62,173 nt of DNA. It comes from an uncultured Erysipelotrichaceae bacterium (lineage in GTDB: Bacteria; Bacillota_I; Bacilli_A; RFN20; CAG-826). The DNA lies in assembly GCA_902800645.1 (NCBI GenBank), contig CADCFC010000004.1, forward strand, positions 1 to 62,173, written 5' to 3'. Made by a program: the position numbers and the translations under genes. The notes under the pieces were generated by a model. The model was not told the DNA's origin. It did not search any database and saw only the letters and a list, made by a program, of their open reading frames with translations. Positions 37,182-45,821 of the stretch are shown here, piece after piece; the stretch's first letter is position 1, and the number at the start of each line of letters is the position of its first letter.

Positions 37182-37932
37182 ATTTTTAGATGTGTTACTT
37201 TATTCATTGCTATTTATTTTTGTTGTTTCTTTCCCGATTAATATGCTCGGGTTAGATCTAATTTGGCAATATGTTATTTCTATTGGATTAAAAGCTATAT
37301 TATTAACCTATTATATTTCTGTTTTATGGACTAGAAAGATTAACATTTTTAAGTTTGCAAATTACCGTGTTGCGCTTCTCTTCATTCCATTTTTATTAGC
37401 GTGTTTTTCTAATTTAATTGCTACTCAAATTATTGGAGTTTCTATTGTTACTTATTACGATCCTTCTTTACTTGCTGTAGTGATTGTTAGCACTGTTTTA
37501 ACTGCAATTAATGAAGAGTTTTTATTTAGATTCTTTATCCAAAGTTCTCTTGTTTACGCTTCAACAATCAAACGTGTTGTGGTAAGCGCTCTCATCTTCT
37601 CGCTTTTCCATTTATTAACTTTAGTGGAAGTAAGAAGCGTTGCTAGCTTAACTCAAGTATTAGTTCAAGCGGTTTACACCTTTGGATTAGGTTTAATTCT
37701 TGGACTTATGTATGAATATACGTATTCGTTACCTTTATGTATGTGGTTCCATTTCACATTTAATTTTATGAACTCAGTGCTTATTAGTAATATGCTTGTA
37801 GATGCTTCTAACACTAGTTTCACTTTAGCGTTTTATCTTACTGCGATTGTTATCGGTGTTGTATTAGCGATTTACGGCACACTTATTTACATTTTTGTTC
37901 TCTCTAAACACAACAAATATTTCAGAGAGTAA
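37171..37932 (+). CDS. CPBP (CAAX) family intramembrane glutamic endopeptidase
   Basis: The motifs EEFLFRFF, FSLFHL and FHFTFNF are present in a polytopic protein. Confidence 0.8.
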   Translation: MKFRFLDVLLYSLLFIFVVSFPINMLGLDLIWQYVISIGLKAILLTYYISVLWTRKINIFKFANYRVALLFIPFLLACFSNLIATQIIGVSIVTYYDPSLLAVVIVSTVLTAINEEFLFRFFIQSSLVYASTIKRVVVSALIFSLFHLLTLVEVRSVASLTQVLVQAVYTFGLGLILGLMYEYTYSLPLCMWFHFTFNFMNSVLISNMLVDASNTSFTLAFYLTAIVIGVVLAIYGTLIYIFVLSKHNKYFRE

Positions 37933-37944
37933 TATTACTACTCT

Positions 37945-37974
37945 GTTGATATATCAACATTTCTAAAATATAAT
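37945..37974 (+). promoter_or_regulatory. Promoter TTGATA-17 nt-TATAAT with a perfect 14-bp palindrome (GTTGATATATCAAC) over the -35
   Basis: The palindrome is at 37945-37958, the -35 at 37946-37951 and the -10 at 37969-37974. ATG 37981 follows 6 nt later with no SD. Confidence 0.5.
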
Positions 37975-37980
37975 TTTTGT

Positions 37981-38529
37981 ATGGCCGAAGGTATTATTCT
38001 TGCTGGTGGAAAATCCACCAGGATGGGACAAAACAAAATGCTTTTGATGTACCAAAATCATCCATTAATTTGGTACACCATACAAAGCATGAAACCTTTT
38101 GTTAGTAAAATAATTATCGTTACCGGAAGATATGATAAAGAAATAAAAGAAACATTAAAAAATGAAGATGTTACTTTTGTTTTTAATGAGAACTATGAAA
38201 AAGGAATGTTTTCTAGTGTTTTGAAAGGTGTTAAAGAGACTAAAGAAGACTTTTTTATCATTCCTGGAGACTGCCCTTTTGTTAAAGAAGATACATATAG
38301 AAAGTTATTAAAAGGAAATGGAGATATAAGAGTGCCTTCATATCAAAATGAAGATGGCCACCCTATTTTTATTTCTAATAAATATAGAGGCGAATTACTC
38401 TCTATGCCATTAGATTTTAATCTAAAATTATTTCGTGATAGTAAAAATTATGAGATAATAAAAGTCGAAGACAAAAACATAGTTTTAAATGTTAATAAAA
38501 TGACAGATTTTGAAAATCTTTTACGTTAA
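37981..38529 (+). CDS. mocA: Molybdenum cofactor cytidylyltransferase-like (MocA/YgfJ family)
   Basis: The N-terminus is GIILAGGKSTRMG, and the PGDCPF motif is present. The protein is 182 aa and sits at the head of the Mo-hydroxylase operon. Confidence 0.75.
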   Translation: MAEGIILAGGKSTRMGQNKMLLMYQNHPLIWYTIQSMKPFVSKIIIVTGRYDKEIKETLKNEDVTFVFNENYEKGMFSSVLKGVKETKEDFFIIPGDCPFVKEDTYRKLLKGNGDIRVPSYQNEDGHPIFISNKYRGELLSMPLDFNLKLFRDSKNYEIIKVEDKNIVLNVNKMTDFENLLR

Positions 38530-38547
38530 CTGAGAAAGGAAGATAGT

Positions 38548-39342
38548 ATGAAAGTTAATGAATACTACCGTGCATCTTCTTTAGAAGATGCCTATCGTAA
38601 GTTACAAGAAGATCCTAAGAACGTAATTCTCGCAGGCGGTCTTTGGATTAAGAAAATTGGTCAAAGTGTTAACGCTTTGATTGATTTGTCTACCCTTGGC
38701 TTAAACAAAATTAGTGAGAACGAAAAAGAAGTAGTGGTGGGAAGCTTAGTCACTCAAAGAGAATTTGAAAACTCTAAAGTTATCAATTCTTTATATGGTG
38801 GAGCGATTGCTTTCGCTACTAGAGAAGTTATGGGAGTTAATTTCCGTAATATTGCCACTATCGGGGGATCAATCATGGGGAGATATCCATTCTCAGATGT
38901 GATATCTGGTTTACTGCCTTATGATGTAGAACTTGAATTCTATCCTAATCAAGTTATGTCTCTTGAAGATTATTTAGGTTATAAAGGAAAACTAAATTCT
39001 ATTTTAGTTGCTATCCATATTAAAAAAGAAAAAGGGAATGGTTTCTTTAAGAAAGTGAAGACCACCGCATTAGATTTTCCTATCATCAATTTTGGTGTCA
39101 GTAAAGTTAACGGAAAATATACAGTTGTAGTGGGAAATAGACCTGCAGGAAGTATTAGGGCAACTAAGGCTATGGAATATATCAATAATGTCGCTAATCC
39201 AAGCGAATTAGACTATAAGAAAGCCGCTGAAATTGCCGCTAGCGAATTAGCGTTTATGGATAATAAAGACGCAAGTGCGGAGTACCGTAAAGAATTAACA
39301 AAAGTCTATGTTAAACGTGGCTTAATGGAGGTAAACAAATAA
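38548..39342 (+). CDS. Molybdenum hydroxylase FAD-binding subunit (CoxM/XdhB-like), set 1
   Basis: 264-aa protein with FAD_binding_5-like motifs (ILAGGLW; ATIGGSI). It is adjacent to the 2Fe-2S and Mo subunit genes. Confidence 0.8.
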   Translation: MKVNEYYRASSLEDAYRKLQEDPKNVILAGGLWIKKIGQSVNALIDLSTLGLNKISENEKEVVVGSLVTQREFENSKVINSLYGGAIAFATREVMGVNFRNIATIGGSIMGRYPFSDVISGLLPYDVELEFYPNQVMSLEDYLGYKGKLNSILVAIHIKKEKGNGFFKKVKTTALDFPIINFGVSKVNGKYTVVVGNRPAGSIRATKAMEYINNVANPSELDYKKAAEIAASELAFMDNKDASAEYRKELTKVYVKRGLMEVNK

Positions 39343-39791
39343 TGTTAGTAAGTTTTTATCTCAATGATGTCAAAGTGACATATGAAGTTAAGCCTGGTGA
39401 ATATCTCGCGAATACTTTAAGAAGTCACGGAGTTAAATCTGTTCGTATAGGCTGTAATGAATCAACTTGTGGTTCATGTACACTTCTAGTTGAAGGCAAA
39501 CCAGTGATGAGTTGCTCTATTTTAACTGCTTCTATTGAAGGCAAGCACATTACTACAGTTGAAGGCATTCAAGAAGAAGCTGCTAAAATCAGTCGTCATT
39601 TTTCAAATGAAGGCGCTGATCAATGCGGATTCTGTAATGTCGGACTTGCCTTAGTGATTTACGCTCTTAAAAAAGAATATAAAAATCCTACTGATGAAGA
39701 GATTAAAAACTACATAGTAGGTAACCTTTGCCGTTGTTCGGGTCTTCAATCCCAAGTTAATGCGATTAAGGCCTATTTAAAGGAGGAATAA
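39342..39791 (+). CDS. Molybdenum hydroxylase (2Fe-2S) subunit, set 1
   Basis: The cysteine clusters are C.ESTCGSC...C and QCGFC...C.C. Confidence 0.9.
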   Translation: MLVSFYLNDVKVTYEVKPGEYLANTLRSHGVKSVRIGCNESTCGSCTLLVEGKPVMSCSILTASIEGKHITTVEGIQEEAAKISRHFSNEGADQCGFCNVGLALVIYALKKEYKNPTDEEIKNYIVGNLCRCSGLQSQVNAIKAYLKEE

Positions 39792-39794
39792 ACA

Positions 39795-42122
39795 ATGATT
39801 GTTGATAAGAAAAAAATGCGCGTTGTTAATAACAAAACTCCTTCTGTTGATGGAAAAGGTTTAATGCAAGGAAGAAGTTTTTACACTGATGACCTTGCCG
39901 AACAAAATAGTTTAGTTATTAAAATCTTACGTTCACCACACGCTTTTGCTCGTATTAAGAACATTGATGTTAGCGAAGCACAAAAGATTAATGGTGTTGC
40001 TCTTGTTTTAACATATAAAGATGTCCCACATGTATCATTTTCTAGAGCAGGACAAGGTTATCCAGAGCCATCTCCACATGATAAGTTCATCTTAGATGAA
40101 TATGTGCGTTATGTTGGTGATGAAGTTGCTATGGTCGCGGCAAATGATGAAGATACCGCTATTGAAGCACTTAAAGCCATTAAAGTTGATTATGAAGTAT
40201 TAGATCCTGTTTTGAATTTTGAAGAGGCATTTGAGAATAAATCAGTAATTCACCCAGAAGACGGAATTAATGAAATGTTCCCAATAGGTTTCGATCCAAA
40301 AAAGAACGTTGCTGCATCATACGAAATGCAAGTTGGCGATGTTGAAAAAGAGTTAAAGAAATCAGATGTTGTAGTTGATGAAACTTTCTACACACAAGCG
40401 CAAGCACATGCAATGTTAGAAACTCATAGCAGTAATGCTAGACTTGATGAACATAACCGTTTAGTTATTTATTCTTCCACTCAAACACCTTTCCATATGC
40501 GTCGTATCTTAGCGACAACTTTAGGAATGCCAGTTAGTCAAATTAGAGTTATTAAACCACGCGTTGGTGGTGGCTTTGGTGGTAAACAAGCATTCCACGG
40601 AGAATTCTTCTGCGCTCTTACTACTTTAAGAACTGGAAGACCATCAAGACTTGTATATACAAGAGAAGAGGTGTTTGGCTCTTCATACACACGTCACCCA
40701 ATGCGCATTGAGATGAAAATTGGTGCGATGAAAGATGGAAGAATCAACGCTATCGATTGTCGTGCGTTAAGTGATACAGGTGCGTATGGGGAACACTCCT
40801 TAACAGTCTTTATGATTGTCGGTAGTAAAGTGTTGCCTTTATATAACAAAGTTGATGCGGTTAGATTCGGTGGTAGAGTTGTTTACACTAATCACGTACC
40901 AGCAGGTGCGTATCGTGGATATGGTGCGATTCAAGGTAACTACGCTCTTGAAGCAACAATCGATATGCTCGCTGAAAAACTCGGTATGGATCCTAAAAAG
41001 GTTCGTGAGATTAACTCGATGAAAGAAAAAGAGACATCTCCAATCTTTGAAATTATGGGTGAAGGTACTAAAGGTACTGCGATGATTATGGAATCTTGTA
41101 AACTTCCATATTGTATTAAGCGTGGTGCTGAACTCATTGATTGGGAACATAATTTCCCATCTAAGAAAGTTAGCGACACTAAAGTTAGAGGATATGGAAT
41201 GGCTATCGCAATGCAAGGTAGTGGTATTCCATTTATGGATATGGGAAGCGCCACGATTAAGCTAAATGATGGCGGTTCTTATATGGTTACAGTAGGTGCA
41301 ACCGATATTGGGCAAGGCTCTGATACAATCATTTCTCAAATCGTTGCAGAAGAACTAGGCACTACCGTTGATAAGATTATTATTTATTCTTCGGATACTG
41401 ACTTAACTCCATTTGATTGTGGTGCTTATGCTTCTAGTACTACCTATATTTCTGGTAACGCTGCATGGAATGCTGCTCAAAAGATGAGAAAACGTTTAAT
41501 TAAAGAAGCAGCGACTTTCTTAGAAGAAAAAGAAGATAATATCGAATTTGATGGAACAACATTCACAAGTGGTGACAAATCAATCACCTTAAATGAAATG
41601 TCCATTAAGATGCTATATAACAAGAATCTTCAACAAGTAGCGGTAACTGAAAGTTATTATGGTCATGTTTCACCTCCTCCATTTATGGCAGCATACGCTG
41701 AAGTGGAAGTCGATTTAGAAACAGGTGAATATGATGTCCTCAACTATGTTACTGTCACTGATTGTGGTACAACAATTAACCCAATGCTCGCAAGAGGGCA
41801 AGTTGAAGGTGGAATTGTACAAGGTTTAGGTATGGCGTGTTTTGAAGCTGTTAAATACGATAAGAAAGGTAACTTACTTAGTAACAACTTCTTGAACTAT
41901 CATATTCCTACCAATAAAGAGATTCATAAATTAACAACTGAATTTGCTGATTCATACGAACCAACAGGTCCTTTTGGTGCGAAATCAGTTGGTGAAATTG
42001 GTATTGATACTCCTCCAGCAGTTATATGTAACGCGATATATAATGCGACTGGTGTTAGAATTCATTCTTTACCAATCACTCCTGAAAAGATTTTGATGGG
42101 GTTAAAAGAACTTAAGAAATAA
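39795..42122 (+). CDS. Molybdopterin-binding large subunit of a xanthine dehydrogenase family enzyme, set 1
   Basis: The motifs GGGFGGK, AYRGYG and GAKSVGEIG are present. The protein is 775 aa. Confidence 0.9.
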   Translation: MIVDKKKMRVVNNKTPSVDGKGLMQGRSFYTDDLAEQNSLVIKILRSPHAFARIKNIDVSEAQKINGVALVLTYKDVPHVSFSRAGQGYPEPSPHDKFILDEYVRYVGDEVAMVAANDEDTAIEALKAIKVDYEVLDPVLNFEEAFENKSVIHPEDGINEMFPIGFDPKKNVAASYEMQVGDVEKELKKSDVVVDETFYTQAQAHAMLETHSSNARLDEHNRLVIYSSTQTPFHMRRILATTLGMPVSQIRVIKPRVGGGFGGKQAFHGEFFCALTTLRTGRPSRLVYTREEVFGSSYTRHPMRIEMKIGAMKDGRINAIDCRALSDTGAYGEHSLTVFMIVGSKVLPLYNKVDAVRFGGRVVYTNHVPAGAYRGYGAIQGNYALEATIDMLAEKLGMDPKKVREINSMKEKETSPIFEIMGEGTKGTAMIMESCKLPYCIKRGAELIDWEHNFPSKKVSDTKVRGYGMAIAMQGSGIPFMDMGSATIKLNDGGSYMVTVGATDIGQGSDTIISQIVAEELGTTVDKIIIYSSDTDLTPFDCGAYASSTTYISGNAAWNAAQKMRKRLIKEAATFLEEKEDNIEFDGTTFTSGDKSITLNEMSIKMLYNKNLQQVAVTESYYGHVSPPPFMAAYAEVEVDLETGEYDVLNYVTVTDCGTTINPMLARGQVEGGIVQGLGMACFEAVKYDKKGNLLSNNFLNYHIPTNKEIHKLTTEFADSYEPTGPFGAKSVGEIGIDTPPAVICNAIYNATGVRIHSLPITPEKILMGLKELKK

Positions 42123-42123
42123 T

Positions 42124-43431
42124 ATGTTTGATCTATTAATTAAAGACGGTTTTGTGTGGCTCGGTGACCACTTTGCTAAGGCAAATATCGGTGTTGAAGG
42201 AGAAAGAATTACTTATATTGGTAAAGATATTTTTCCTAGTAAAGATATTTACGATGCGAGTGGAAGAAAAGTTCTACCAGGATTAATTGATCCACATGTC
42301 CACTTTGATTTATTCTGTGGAACAATTCCTAGTAGAGATGACTTTTATTACGGCTCTAAAAGCGCTGCTTATGGAGGAGTTACAACCGTAATTGATTTTT
42401 TAGATCCATCAAGAAATGCAAAAGAATTAAAACAAACTTTCTATGAAAGATTAGAGAAGGCTAAAAGATGTAATGTTGATTATCATTTTCATGCATGTAT
42501 TAAAGAACCAGATGGTGATTTAGAAGAATATGTCTTAACGATGAAAAAACTAGGTATTAACACCATCAAGTTATTCACTACATATTCAGAAACACATCGT
42601 AGAACATATGATAAAGACATTAAGAAACTCTTAAGGCTTTCTAAGAAATATGACTTCTTGGTGTGCGCTCATATCGAAAATGATGAGATGATTAATCATA
42701 ACCCAGAATTGACTTATCAAGACTTATGGAAAGCAAGAAGTAGTGACGCTGAATTAACCGAAGCACTTAAGCTATGTAAATACGCTAAACAAACAGGCGG
42801 AAATTTATATATGGTCCACTGTTCTAGCGGCCGTACTTTAAGAAGAATTATTAATCAATTCCCAGACGAATTAAATGACAATATTTTCATTGAAAGCTGC
42901 CCTCAGTATTTCTACTTCAATAAAGATGTATTGAAGGGTAATCAAGGTTATCTATTTACCTTTGCTCCTCCTTTAAGAAAAGAAAGTGAAAGAAAACTAC
43001 TTGTGAAAAACTTCTCTAAGCTTGCAACTATTGGAACTGATCACTGTGCTTTTACTATTCAAGACAAAAAAGAACACACTCTTCTAAATGGCATGCCTCT
43101 AGGCGTTGGAGGTATTGAAAACTCATTCAATGTTATGTATGAAGCCTTTGGTGATGAGGTGATTAATAAGATGAGTAAAAATGTTGCAAAAATAGAGAGA
43201 TTTGCCGAGAAAGGACAAATAAAAGTCGGAAATTTCGCAGATTTTGCAATCATTTCTGGAGAGAATCAAATCATTGGAAAGCCTCATGGTAATGTCGATT
43301 ACACAATCTATGAAGGCATTACAGTTCATAATAAAGTTGAAAGCACAATTGTTAGAGGAAAGTTTGTTTTAAAAAGAGGCGAATTCTTTGAAAACGAAGG
43401 CCAATTAATTAATTGTGACAAAGGGGCATAA
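42124..43431 (+). CDS. Cyclic amidohydrolase (dihydropyrimidinase / D-hydantoinase family, HyuA-like)
   Basis: The metal-binding motif DPHVHF is present, with the carbamylated-Lys region INTIKLF. The protein is 435 aa and overall hydantoinase-like. Confidence 0.8.
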   Translation: MFDLLIKDGFVWLGDHFAKANIGVEGERITYIGKDIFPSKDIYDASGRKVLPGLIDPHVHFDLFCGTIPSRDDFYYGSKSAAYGGVTTVIDFLDPSRNAKELKQTFYERLEKAKRCNVDYHFHACIKEPDGDLEEYVLTMKKLGINTIKLFTTYSETHRRTYDKDIKKLLRLSKKYDFLVCAHIENDEMINHNPELTYQDLWKARSSDAELTEALKLCKYAKQTGGNLYMVHCSSGRTLRRIINQFPDELNDNIFIESCPQYFYFNKDVLKGNQGYLFTFAPPLRKESERKLLVKNFSKLATIGTDHCAFTIQDKKEHTLLNGMPLGVGGIENSFNVMYEAFGDEVINKMSKNVAKIERFAEKGQIKVGNFADFAIISGENQIIGKPHGNVDYTIYEGITVHNKVESTIVRGKFVLKRGEFFENEGQLINCDKGA

Positions 43432-43432
43432 G

Positions 43433-44734
43433 ATGAAAGCAATTATTAATGTTAGAATCTACGACTATCAAAATTATATTGAAAATGGCTATGTTATTTT
43501 TGATAAAAATATAATCAAAGTAGGTCAAATGAAAGACTTCAAAAATGAAGGCTATTCTTTAATTGATGGAAAGGGCCAATTACTCCTTCCAAATTTCGTT
43601 TGTGCCCATTCTCATATCTATTCAATTTTTGCTAGAGGTTTAGTACTTCCATTTAACCCTAAAAACTTCCAAGAAATACTTGACCAAATGTGGTGGAAAA
43701 TCGATTCTCAAATTGATAATCCAATCACTTATTATTCTGGTATCGCTGCGGGTAGCGAATTCTTACTTAATGGTGTCACAACAATAATTGATCATCACGC
43801 TTCAGGCAGTGAAATCATTGGTTCATTGTCTTCTCTTAAAAAAGCTTTGGTGAATAAACTTCATCTTAGAGCGATTCTTTGCTTTGAAACTAGTGACCGT
43901 TATCCTCTTAAGGACTGTATTAAAGAAAATATTTCGTTTGCTAAAAAATATCATAATGACCACATTAGTGGACTATTTGGAATGCACGCTTCAATGTCTT
44001 TAAGTGATGAATCATATAAAGCAATTTCAAAGAGAATTAATGGACTTCCTATTCATATTCATGTTGCAGAAAGCGAAATGGATGAAGAAGAATCATTTAA
44101 TAAATACGGAACTGATATTGTGACTAGATTAAATAAATATCACCTCATTAATAAAAATTCTTTAATTGTTCATGGCGTTCACATTAAAGATAATGAACTT
44201 CAAATTGTTAAAGATAGTGGTGCGTATATGGTTGTTAACACTACAAGCAACTGCAATAATGCGGTTGGTGTTCCAGATATTAAAAAATATCTTTCATATA
44301 ATATTCCTGTCATGGTGGGTAATGATGGTTTATCTTCTTCGATGGCAACTGAATATTTAAATGCTTATTACTTAACTCATTTAAAAAATTTAAATCCAAC
44401 CGCTATGAATTTAGGGGACATTGTTGATATAATCAATAATGCATATAGATATGTCGGTGATAGATTGGGAATCAAAATAGGAAAGATTCAAGAGTCTTTT
44501 GTTGCGGACTTTATGCTTCTTCCATATGCCCCATTTACCGAGATGAATTCTTCTAATGCTTTCGGACATGTTTTCTTTGGGTTATATCCAAACTTCAAAC
44601 CGAATGATGTCTATGTTTCTGGAATGAGACTCGTAAAAAACGGTGAAATCGTTAGTAAGAGAAATAAAGAAGAATTATTAGAAGCGAGAAAATATAGTCA
44701 AATACTTTGGAACAAAGTAAAGGAGATAAAATAA
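43433..44734 (+). CDS. ssnA: SsnA-like aminohydrolase (amidohydrolase superfamily)
   Basis: I trimmed the start to ATG 43433. The motifs CAHSHIYS, IHVAES and the overall pattern resemble E. coli SsnA and chlorohydrolase-type deaminases. Confidence 0.7.
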   Translation: MKAIINVRIYDYQNYIENGYVIFDKNIIKVGQMKDFKNEGYSLIDGKGQLLLPNFVCAHSHIYSIFARGLVLPFNPKNFQEILDQMWWKIDSQIDNPITYYSGIAAGSEFLLNGVTTIIDHHASGSEIIGSLSSLKKALVNKLHLRAILCFETSDRYPLKDCIKENISFAKKYHNDHISGLFGMHASMSLSDESYKAISKRINGLPIHIHVAESEMDEEESFNKYGTDIVTRLNKYHLINKNSLIVHGVHIKDNELQIVKDSGAYMVVNTTSNCNNAVGVPDIKKYLSYNIPVMVGNDGLSSSMATEYLNAYYLTHLKNLNPTAMNLGDIVDIINNAYRYVGDRLGIKIGKIQESFVADFMLLPYAPFTEMNSSNAFGHVFFGLYPNFKPNDVYVSGMRLVKNGEIVSKRNKEELLEARKYSQILWNKVKEIK

Positions 44735-45819
44735 TGGATTTATCTACAAAATTTGATGGCTTAGTTCTTAAAAACCCACTCATGCCTGCTGCAGGTCCAC
44801 TTGTCGGAGATGCAGAGAAAATGCTTTGGTTAAAAGACCAAGGTTTAGGTGCTTTAGTTGCGAAGACCATATCCACTAAAGATGCTCATATTCCTCATCC
44901 ATGTATCATTGGAGAAGGAATGGACAAGATTTTTAACTGTGAACTCTGGACAGAATATCCAAAAGAAAAATGGATTAATGAATTCCTTCCAGAACTCAAA
45001 GCTAAAAAAGGAGACACTCCATTAATTATCTCTGTTGGTTATACCAAAGAAGATATGGAAGTTCTAATTCCTCTATTAGATGAATTCGCAGACGCTTTTG
45101 AAGTGAGTTGCCACTATGTCGGAACAGATCACGAGAAAGTTGCGGAGACTGTAAGAACTATTAGAAAGCACACAACTAAACCTTTCTATATGAAGATTTC
45201 ACCACATATTCCTGATCCTGCAGGATTTGCTCATGCCATTAAAGAAAATGGCGCTAATGGTGTAGTTGCTATTAACTCGCTCGGTCCTAGTATGGTTATT
45301 GATGTCGCTAATCGTAAGATGGCGTGCTCTAATGATAAGGGATTTGTGTGGATGAGTGGACCAGTAATTAAACCACTTGCTTTAGCAACTGTTTATACAA
45401 TCAAACAAGCAGAGCCATCTCTTACCGTTATTGGTGTTGGTGGAGTTTCTTCCGCTAAAGACGTTATCGAATTCTTACTCGCAGGTGCTTCTGCAGTTGG
45501 AATGCTTTCTGCTCCAATGCTTAGAGGAAAAGAACTATACGCTAAAGTTATTGCGGATCTTCCAAAAGAACTTGAGAAATATGGCTTTAAATCAGTCCAA
45601 GACGTTATTGATATTCAATTAACTAATAATGTTACTTATGAACATGAATTGCCTAGTGTAGATGCATCTAAATGCTCTCACTGTGGATTATGTGAAAGAA
45701 ACTGCCCATATTTCGCAATTAATATGGATGAAGCTAGAACTCCATCCTTTAATAAGGATAAATGCTTTAGATGCGGTTTATGTGCGTCTAAATGCCCAGT
45801 TAAAGCAATTAAGTTTTAA
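44734..45819 (+). CDS. PreA-like dihydroorotate/dihydropyrimidine dehydrogenase-fold flavoprotein with a C-terminal 2x[4Fe-4S] domain
   Basis: The gene has a TAATG overlap with the upstream gene. A DHODH-like barrel (NPLMPAAGP; GVGGV) precedes CSHCGLCERNCP and CFRCGLCASKCP. Confidence 0.8.
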   Translation: MDLSTKFDGLVLKNPLMPAAGPLVGDAEKMLWLKDQGLGALVAKTISTKDAHIPHPCIIGEGMDKIFNCELWTEYPKEKWINEFLPELKAKKGDTPLIISVGYTKEDMEVLIPLLDEFADAFEVSCHYVGTDHEKVAETVRTIRKHTTKPFYMKISPHIPDPAGFAHAIKENGANGVVAINSLGPSMVIDVANRKMACSNDKGFVWMSGPVIKPLALATVYTIKQAEPSLTVIGVGGVSSAKDVIEFLLAGASAVGMLSAPMLRGKELYAKVIADLPKELEKYGFKSVQDVIDIQLTNNVTYEHELPSVDASKCSHCGLCERNCPYFAINMDEARTPSFNKDKCFRCGLCASKCPVKAIKF

Positions 45820-45821
45820 AT

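Noticed and set aside
40816-41254. Three short ORFs within or antisense to the Mo large-subunit gene
   Set aside because: They are embedded in a strongly supported xanthine-dehydrogenase-family CDS and have no independent signals.
43415-43432. Upstream extensions in the ORF track (43415, 44707, 31848, 30469, 23246, 49210, 18500, 25897)
   Set aside because: These extensions start at non-ATG or poorly placed codons and overlap the preceding gene or promoter. Downstream ATGs with an SD, a TAATG overlap or a family-typical N-terminus were preferred.
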